IMG/VR virus record: IMGVR_UViG_3300029437_000178
Strand: one strand, 5' to 3'
DNA from: a virus
Taxonomy: Duplodnaviria > Heunggongvirae > Uroviricota > Caudoviricetes
Length of the DNA stretch: 4,310 nucleotides
In this document: one piece after another, positions 1 to 4,310 of the stretch
Position numbering within the stretch: the first letter of the stretch is position 1
How the letters are laid out: the number at the start of each line of letters is the position of its first letter
Program-made: the position numbers and the translations under genes
The notes under the pieces: generated by a model
The model's input: only the letters and a program-made list of their open reading frames with translations
Database searches by the model: none
Told to the model about the DNA's origin: nothing

Positions 1-196
1 CTTTGTTAGCAGCATTCAGGAAGAAATTGCCGGGGAAGCCTTCATACTCTGCTTTTTCATCACCATCATGCAGGCACAGCTTGAGTTTTTTCTCCAGTTG
101 GTTATAAATGGGCTCCCACTTCTCTCCCCATTTTTCCTTCGCTACCTGCTTCATAGCTTTACGGATTTCTTCCAGTTGTGGGTGTTTGGGTGACAT
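1..196 (-). CDS. Hypothetical phage protein, N-terminal 65 codons; gene runs off the window start. Tentatively ssDNA-binding-like.
   Basis: My own translation of the minus strand from ATG at 196..194: MSPKHPQLEEIRKAMKQVAKEKWGEKWEPIYNQLEKKLKLCLHDGDEKAEYEGFPGNFFLNAANK..., open to position 1 with no stop. Same orientation as, and 78 bp downstream of, the nuclease gene. The K..WG.K / L.DGDE / Y.G.FFLNA pattern resembles, from memory only, phage Gp2.5-like ssDNA-binding proteins that often accompany Cas4-like nucleases. No SD is evident before this ATG (see findings). Confidence 0.5.
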   Translation of the reverse strand, partial: MSPKHPQLEEIRKAMKQVAKEKWGEKWEPIYNQLEKKLKLCLHDGDEKAEYEGFPGNFFLNAANK

Positions 197-273
197 TAAA
201 AATACTGCGGAGAAACGTGGATCGCCTTCGCCGTTTACAGTTTCAGCTTCAGTTTCATGGGTATTTCCTTAAA

Positions 274-1575
274 TCAGATGAGGTCTGCGGTTAGCGTATC
301 GTCGGATACGTCGTCGAAATCATTTACAGGGTTGATATTGAGTGCGGGGCGTGGGTCTGACTCGGGAACGATGGTGGGTTTACCATCAGCTCGTGTTATC
401 AGTGCCTCGACTTTTGACCAACGGCGCGGACTGGCCTTTTTGATAAGTTTTTCGGCTTTTGTGGGGCTAATAAGTTTAAAGTCGAATACTTCTTCAGTTT
501 TGTACCTGAACTGGTCCTTCAGAAGTGCGCGAGCTGCCTCTTCATCACTCCAGGCCCGGTTACCTTGTTTTCCTGTTACCAGTTTAAACCCCGGTACCGG
601 ATGTCCGGCATTGAGTTCATTGTGAACCCGGTCTCGTACTGCCTTTAGCCAGGATTCAATAAAGTCGGCCTGGCTATAGATCTCCGCAAGCTGCTCAATG
701 GTTAACAGAGGTACACGTGCGCTGGCATTGGAGATTATTTCGCTGACAGGCTTTGTCAGATCTTCAAAATCGCTGGCCGCTGTTTGTAAATGCTGCATTT
801 TCTGGGCAGTGCAAATAGCTTTTGCTTTACAGAAGCGGCACTGTTTTTCTCCAGGTATGAAGTTTTCCAGCGGTAGTGTCTCAATGCCTTCGCATTCAGC
901 AATATTGAGAACAAGGATCGCACTGGTTGCGGCCTCCAGTGCCCGTTCACCGAAAGACTGAAGTTCCTGTACGGTTAACGACCATTCTGAAACGTGGTTG
1001 AGCCTTGGCTGGTGAATAAATAATCTTACAGTCTCAAAGTCATACAGCATGCTGAATTGTTCGAGCGCACCCAGAGCATACAGTTGTAGTTGCTCATTTT
1101 GTTCTGCATCAATGCGGACGCCTTTGCCATATTTCAGGTCGTGGATTTGTAATTCGCTACCAGCAATGATTATGCCGTCGGCAGTTCCGAAAGATTCTTC
1201 CACACCCGTTATATGTGAGAAATCAACACGTTGTTCAACCAATAGTTCATTATTCTGTGCAAGAGTCCAGACCGTATCAACATACCGGCCAACGGCTTCG
1301 ACCATTTCATCATCCACCTGTGGGCCAGATGTATCATTAGGATTTTCGCGAAGGGGGTATGAGCCGAGAAACATAGAAACATTGCATCCGGCGTAGTGTT
1401 CCGGGTAGCTTTGCCTGTTTCGTAGAACTTTTTCAGCAAGCGCGTGCGCTGCAGTGCCCTCGATTGCAAAAGTTGTTTCTTTATCCGGTTGTGTGGCCTC
1501 CAGCGCCAGACTTCCTGGGCAGCGCATCCATCGATGCGCTGATGATGGAGAAAGTTGTGCATGAACGTCTGGCAT
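274..1575 (-). CDS. PD-(D/E)XK nuclease of the RecB/Cas4 type with Fe-S cluster cysteines (phage Cas4-like exonuclease) plus a ~170-aa C-terminal extension
   Basis: 433-aa ORF with SD GGAGG 7 nt upstream of the ATG. Motifs read from the translation: Cys19 (RCPGS), GTAD133G, IHD146-L-K148-YG (DxK motif III), Q162-LQL-Y166, and C246-x2-C249-x5-C255. One N-terminal Cys plus a C-terminal CX2CX5C triad is the Fe-S arrangement of Cas4/AddB-type nuclease domains. The [13 protein letters not shown]-terminus matches my recollection of phage DUF2800-type nucleases (not searched). Stop TAA of the upstream gene lies 2 nt before this ATG. Confidence 0.85.
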   Translation of the reverse strand: MPDVHAQLSPSSAHRWMRCPGSLALEATQPDKETTFAIEGTAAHALAEKVLRNRQSYPEHYAGCNVSMFLGSYPLRENPNDTSGPQVDDEMVEAVGRYVDTVWTLAQNNELLVEQRVDFSHITGVEESFGTADGIIIAGSELQIHDLKYGKGVRIDAEQNEQLQLYALGALEQFSMLYDFETVRLFIHQPRLNHVSEWSLTVQELQSFGERALEAATSAILVLNIAECEGIETLPLENFIPGEKQCRFCKAKAICTAQKMQHLQTAASDFEDLTKPVSEIISNASARVPLLTIEQLAEIYSQADFIESWLKAVRDRVHNELNAGHPVPGFKLVTGKQGNRAWSDEEAARALLKDQFRYKTEEVFDFKLISPTKAEKLIKKASPRRWSKVEALITRADGKPTIVPESDPRPALNINPVNDFDDVSDDTLTADLI

Positions 1576-1577
1576 GA

Positions 1578-2480
1578 TTAACCCTCCAGTGCTTTTTCAG
1601 CCAGGGTGATTACTTCAGCGAGATTTTCATCCGTTACTTCACCAAGTTTCCTGGCTCCCTGTTTTTCCAGAATTGCAATAGCTTCTGCCCGGTAACCCCC
1701 TTTTGCTAACTGGAGGATCAACCCTTCAGCTTGTTTGCGTAGTGCCGCGAAATCAATTGTATGGTCATCTTTGGCGTCATGATTCTGGCTGGAATTTGCT
1801 GCGTCTCTGCGTGCAAATTCTTCTTGCAGCTGAAGGTACTCAACACGGTTGATCTCGATATGGCCTTTTTTCAGCATCTCGTTCAACTTGCGTAAGGTGT
1901 GGAGTTCACTGGCTGCTGTGCCGGATACATTTTTGACGTAAAACGGCCCCGTGCGTTCTCCATCTTTGTTACTGGCCTTTTTCGGCTTAACTTCATCACG
2001 CCCATCCGCAGGTGCATCAAGTAGCTGCTCGGCAAAAACACGTCGCTCGCCGATGGTTGGCAGGTCGTCCCAGAACTTAAGGATGTTACGGGACAGGTCC
2101 AGGAGAGCAGGTTTAAGCAGCGCCCTGGCTCGTTTGACGCCCTGCAATGCGCTGTCGAGAGCATCAATCTGAACTACTCGTTTATCGCCTTCAGCATCAC
2201 GGTAGGCAACAGCACGTTGCAGCATGTCTTCTGTGATAGGGGTGGCTACCGGGTAGAAACCAGCCAGTGCGATAACGTCGCTGAACTCCAGATCATCCAG
2301 TGTCATTGCCGCTGACATATTTTCAGTTTCAGTTGCTGTATCCCGACATTCCTGCACTCGTGAAATCGTGTCAGGATGCATAACAATGCCTGATGCCATT
2401 GTGCGGATAAGACGTTCAAGCAGCGCATTATGTTGTGCCAGAAGTTGATTATTAAGTTCGAGACTGGTTTCTAAACTCAT
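1578..2480 (-). CDS. Hypothetical phage protein, 300 aa, acidic and predicted largely helical; likely functional partner of the downstream nuclease
   Basis: 300-aa ORF with SD GAGG 8 nt upstream of the ATG. Its ATG overlaps the stop of the upstream small ORF (ATGA) and its stop sits 2 nt before the nuclease ATG, indicating translational coupling. No Walker A motif and no family signature I recognise. Confidence 0.75.
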   Translation of the reverse strand: MSLETSLELNNQLLAQHNALLERLIRTMASGIVMHPDTISRVQECRDTATETENMSAAMTLDDLEFSDVIALAGFYPVATPITEDMLQRAVAYRDAEGDKRVVQIDALDSALQGVKRARALLKPALLDLSRNILKFWDDLPTIGERRVFAEQLLDAPADGRDEVKPKKASNKDGERTGPFYVKNVSGTAASELHTLRKLNEMLKKGHIEINRVEYLQLQEEFARRDAANSSQNHDAKDDHTIDFAALRKQAEGLILQLAKGGYRAEAIAILEKQGARKLGEVTDENLAEVITLAEKALEG

Positions 2481-2647
2481 ACTGTGGTCCTCGCTACAAG
2501 GAGAATGAAAGTGATGATCAGACCGAGCGCAGTGGCAACGGCCAGACCGGTCATCAAATCGAAGTTTTTACGGCGATAACGGAGAACATCGCGCCCCGTC
2601 AGTCGATGGAGGTATTCAGGTTTCATCGGTTGTATTCCTTTTTTCAT
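2477..2647 (-). CDS. Small protein with a C-terminal transmembrane helix (49-69 aa depending on start)
   Basis: The ORF track gives 2477..2686, which begins at a GTG. In-frame ATGs at 2647 and 2626 are more plausible, the latter with AAGGA about 9 nt upstream. The C-terminus DLMTGLAVATALGLIITFILLVA is a clear hydrophobic helix preceded by a basic stretch (RYRRK). Its stop overlaps the ATG of the 300-aa gene. Confidence 0.5.
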   Translation of the reverse strand: MKKGIQPMKPEYLHRLTGRDVLRYRRKNFDLMTGLAVATALGLIITFILLVARTTV

Positions 2648-2743
2648 ATCGGGGAGCACGCTGTGAGGCGGGCAAAGGCTACACACAGCAATTACTTGGA
2701 TGTCAGCGAATGCCTGCTTTTAACCACGTCAGACGAGATGGCT

Positions 2744-2806
2744 CTCTCTGTACCCCTACAGCGAGAATTCGGCTAATATCTCTTTACCCCTATAGTTTTA
2801 GAGAGA
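2744..2806. promoter_or_regulatory. Direct ~18-bp repeats and candidate -10 elements upstream of the 174-aa gene
   Basis: CTCTCTGTACCCCTACAG (2744-2761) and ATCTCTTTACCCCTATAG (2778-2795) match at 15 of 18 positions, 34 bp apart. Candidate -10 hexamers TAATAT (2774-2779) and TATAGT (2791-2796) have poor -35 matches. TTTTAGAGAGA follows the second repeat. Confidence 0.3.
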
Positions 2807-2812
2807 ATTAAG

Positions 2813-3337
2813 ATGTCTGAAGAAAAAGGACTTGTACGGCGTATAACTGAGGCGGCCACTAGTGCTGGTGGTGCTTTGAAAGGTGCTGTTGATTTAGCAA
2901 AAGAAGTTAATGCGTTGCAGGTGGATTACAATGTTAAAAGTAAAACTATCGATCTACTTGATAAACTAATTGATGCGCGTACTGGACAATTCGCACTAAC
3001 GGAGCTTTTGAACGAAGCTAAACAGCGCATTGTTGAACTCGAATCCCTTCTGGAAAAGAAACAGGATTGGGATAGTGAGAAAATGAACTATGAAATGTAC
3101 CACCCGATTACCAATACGGTGGTCTATGTACTGAAGCCTACTGACGATCCTGAGTTCAAGCCTCATTATCTTTGTACTACATGCTATGAGTCGGGTATGA
3201 AGTCTATACTTCAATACCATACTTCTAATGCCGCTTATAAAATTCTCAAGTGTCATAAATGCTCCGCTGAATATAAATTTCCCCGAAATATAGAAGTCAG
3301 TGGCAAAACTCCTGCACCGTTACAACCTGCCAGATGA
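2813..3337 (+). CDS. Hypothetical protein, 174 aa: N-terminal coiled-coil-like region plus C-terminal C4 zinc-ribbon-like motif (CTTC...CHKC)
   Basis: Clean 525-nt ORF on the strand opposite to all neighbouring genes, with a weak SD-like GAGAG 7 nt before the ATG. It is visibly AT-richer than the flanks (~40% GC versus ~50% by eye). Heptad-like charged and leucine-rich stretch (LLDKLIDARTGQFALTELLNEAKQRIVELESLLEKKQ) followed by CxxC-x22-CxxC. No similarity I can name. Confidence 0.7.
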   Translation: MSEEKGLVRRITEAATSAGGALKGAVDLAKEVNALQVDYNVKSKTIDLLDKLIDARTGQFALTELLNEAKQRIVELESLLEKKQDWDSEKMNYEMYHPITNTVVYVLKPTDDPEFKPHYLCTTCYESGMKSILQYHTSNAAYKILKCHKCSAEYKFPRNIEVSGKTPAPLQPAR

Positions 3338-3430
3338 TTAGCAGTTCTCTTTGGTGGTGGTGTAGTGGTAGATGCTGAACTTCGGATTGACTCAATGGAC
3401 TGATCTTCACCCCACCCCAAAAGGAACTAA

Positions 3431-3448
3431 GCGCCCCATCGTCGGGGC
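3431..3448. terminator. GC-rich hairpin between the converging 174-aa gene and the leftward leader; possible weak or bidirectional terminator
   Basis: CGCCCC-atcgtc-GGGGCG, a 6-bp GC stem. It is followed by TTTCAACTT on the plus strand and CTTAGTTCCTTTT on the minus strand; neither is a strong U-tract. Confidence 0.3.
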
Positions 3449-3493
3449 GTTTCAACTTGCGTGACTTATCAGTTTGTCGCGGTGTTGTCCTCT

Positions 3494-3578
3494 ACGCTTA
3501 CCGTACGCATACGGACTCGGCGCTTACCTCGATCCCATCGGGTGCTATTTCGTTTTGCCAGGAGTACTGCGGCTTACC
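3494..3578. repeat. Three direct copies of GCTTACC (plus strand) in the ORF-free leader
   Basis: GCTTACC at 3495-3501, 3521-3527 and 3571-3577 (8-mers CGCTTACC twice, GCTTACCT twice); spacing 26 and 50 bp. A palindromic hairpin CCGTA-CGCA-TACGG at 3500-3513 overlaps the first copy. Confidence 0.4.
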
Positions 3579-3593
3579 TGTCACGCGGTTCAG

Positions 3594-3606
3594 TTTGTTA
3601 AAGAGC
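3594..3606 (-). promoter_or_regulatory. boxA-like element in the leader RNA
   Basis: Minus-strand GCTCTTTTAACAA, about 30 nt downstream of the predicted start. It resembles the boxA core (CGCTCTT / rrn-type GCTCTTTAACAA) of Nus-dependent antitermination sites, with one extra T. Confidence 0.3.
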
Positions 3607-3619
3607 CAGTATTAAAAAA

Positions 3620-3652
3620 CGCATTAATTATGCGATATCGTATTTATATGCG
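3620..3652. promoter_or_regulatory. Operator-like palindromes overlapping the -10 and start site of the leftward promoter
   Basis: 15-bp near-palindrome CGCATTAATTATGCG (3620-3634; 6 of 7 symmetric pairs around a central A) and a weaker related site CGTATTTATATGCG (3639-3652) sharing the ATGCG half-site. Confidence 0.35.
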
Positions 3653-3671
3653 TTATGGGATTTTGTGTCAA
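3643..3671 (-). promoter_or_regulatory. Near-consensus sigma70 promoter reading leftward (candidate early-left, pL-like promoter)
   Basis: On the minus strand: -35 TTGACA (plus coordinates 3666-3671), exactly 17-bp spacer, -10 TATAAA (3643-3648). An AT-rich UP-like tract lies upstream (3672-3695). Predicted start near 3636. Confidence 0.55.
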
Positions 3672-3700
3672 TACGAAAATGAATTATTTTGCAAATAAGA

Positions 3701-3725
3701 AAACCGCCCTTGTGGAGAGCGGTTT
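3701..3725 (-). terminator. Intrinsic terminator of the repressor transcript
   Basis: Perfect 7-bp stem AAACCGC / GCGGTTT with an 11-nt loop. On the minus strand it is followed by a U-rich tract (TCTTATTTGC...). It lies 30 nt downstream of the repressor stop. Confidence 0.55.
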
Positions 3726-3755
3726 GATCAGAAGTAAGTTATCAGACTGTAAAGG

Positions 3756-4310
3756 TTAGTACATACGTAGCGCGGATTTGGCGATCCCCGCCACGTAATG
3801 GATTTTTTCAATGTTTTCGCGTGGTACTCTGACTGGTGGATGATCTTCATTTACAGACATTAGATGGAACAGGCCATCGCGTTCGAACAAGAAGGTTTTA
3901 ACCATGACCTCACCTTCCCGGGTAACCACAAGTACTTCATCACCAGNNNNNNNNNNAGTCGTGGTTGGGTTCGACGATTACGAACTCCCCCTCTTTGATT
4001 CTAGGCATCATTGAATCACCAACACATTTCAGGGCGTATGCATCTTCATCCTTTGTCGGCCAGTATATGAAACCATCACTGCTACCTACTGAATATTGGG
4101 TGTCGCTCCAAAGTCCTCCAACGCCTAGCTGAGTGTTTCCCAAAACAGGTACTTTATTAAACCTAAGAGAAATATACGTTTTTATACCTGTCGCGTCCTC
4201 TTTCTCCATTTCTTGAAGGCTCCTTTCTGCCAAGTCTATTGGTGACACGTGGAAGTAGTCGGCGATCTGCTTTAACGTTGCGTATTTCGGATCTTTCACC
4301 TCTCCTGATA
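3756..4310 (-). CDS. LexA/CI-type repressor (S24 peptidase family); interrupted by a 10-N gap, and the 5' end probably lies beyond the window
   Basis: Minus-strand ORF 3940..4299 translates to an N-terminal HTH-like segment (TLKQIADYFHVSPIDLAE), a linker (VPVLGNTQLGVGG), then GDSMMP (Ser nucleophile motif) and EGEFVIVEP. After the N-run the other frame continues GDEVLVVTREGEVMVKTF...IHYVAGIAKSALRMY to TAA at 3758..3756, carrying the Lys of the Ser-Lys dyad and aligning by eye with LexA (DGDLLAVHK...VTVKRL). The track's stop at 3940 is an artefact of the gap. The start in the track is a GTG at 4299, and the frame stays open to the window end. Confidence 0.85.
3947..3956. other. Assembly gap (10 N) inside the repressor gene
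   Basis: Run of n characters. Flanking coding frames differ by one position, so the true gap length is not a multiple of 3 or is not exactly 10. Confidence 0.95.

Noticed and set aside
257-1562. ORFs nested in the nuclease gene: 257..625 (+), 698..961 (+), 756..950 (-), 1049..1396 (+), 1209..1562 (-)
   Set aside because: All lie entirely within the 433-aa nuclease ORF, which has a strong SD and recognisable catalytic motifs. Their translations are low-complexity (Ser/Cys/Arg-rich), typical of out-of-frame or antisense readings of a real gene.
1883-2172. ORFs 1883..2167 (-) and 1951..2172 (+) inside the 300-aa gene
   Set aside because: They are embedded in a longer ORF that is translationally coupled to its neighbours. 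No independent start signals, and odd composition.
2864-2871. Chi octamer GCTGGTGG on the plus strand
   Set aside because: A single copy in 4.3 kb is about the background density expected in enterobacterial DNA, so it is not evidence of a specific feature.
2996-3256. Antisense ORF 2996..3256 (-, 86 aa) inside the 174-aa gene
   Set aside because: Shorter than, and fully contained in, the plus-strand ORF. Its translation is hydrophobic and low-complexity with no SD. It cannot be fully excluded because leftward transcription may cross this region.
3351-3418. tRNA-like impression from GGTGGTGGTGTAGTGGTAGATGC...CACCCCACC
   Set aside because: No T-loop (GTTCRANYC), no consistent D-arm or anticodon-arm pairing, and no CCA-compatible acceptor pairing could be built by eye. 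Probably just the 3' flank of the 174-aa gene. A tRNAscan run would settle it.
3474-3698. ORF 3474..3698 (+, 74 aa) in the intergenic leader
   Set aside because: Cys/Tyr/Leu-rich improbable peptide with no SD. The region is better explained by promoter, operator and RNA-structure elements on the opposite strand.
1-4310. Looked for CRISPR arrays, rRNA, insertion-sequence ends or transposase, and integrase or att sites
   Set aside because: No regularly spaced repeats with spacers, no rRNA-like conserved blocks, and no terminal inverted repeats flanking a transposase-like ORF were seen. An integrase or att site, if present, lies outside this window.

Overview
The window reads as the immunity / early-left region of a temperate phage (prophage) in an enterobacterial-like background (~50% GC); all calls rest on reading the sequence and the supplied ORF track, with no database searches run. 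On the minus strand, right to left: a LexA/CI-type S24-peptidase repressor gene (3756..>4310, interrupted by a 10-N gap), a hairpin/U-tract terminator, a near-consensus sigma70 promoter with operator-like palindromes, and a ~300-nt ORF-free leader carrying a boxA-like motif and a thrice-repeated GCTTACC heptamer. Further left is a tightly packed, translationally coupled operon: a small membrane protein, a 300-aa acidic protein of unknown function, a 433-aa Cas4/RecB-type PD-(D/E)XK nuclease with a 1+3 cysteine Fe-S signature, and the 5' part of another gene. Between leader and operon sits a single AT-rich gene on the opposite strand (2813..3337, 174 aa, coiled-coil plus C4 zinc ribbon) with no function I can assign. 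This orphan gene, in a position where temperate phages often carry exclusion or defence cargo, is the best candidate for something undescribed, but that is inference from context only. No rRNA, tRNA, CRISPR array or transposase is supported.
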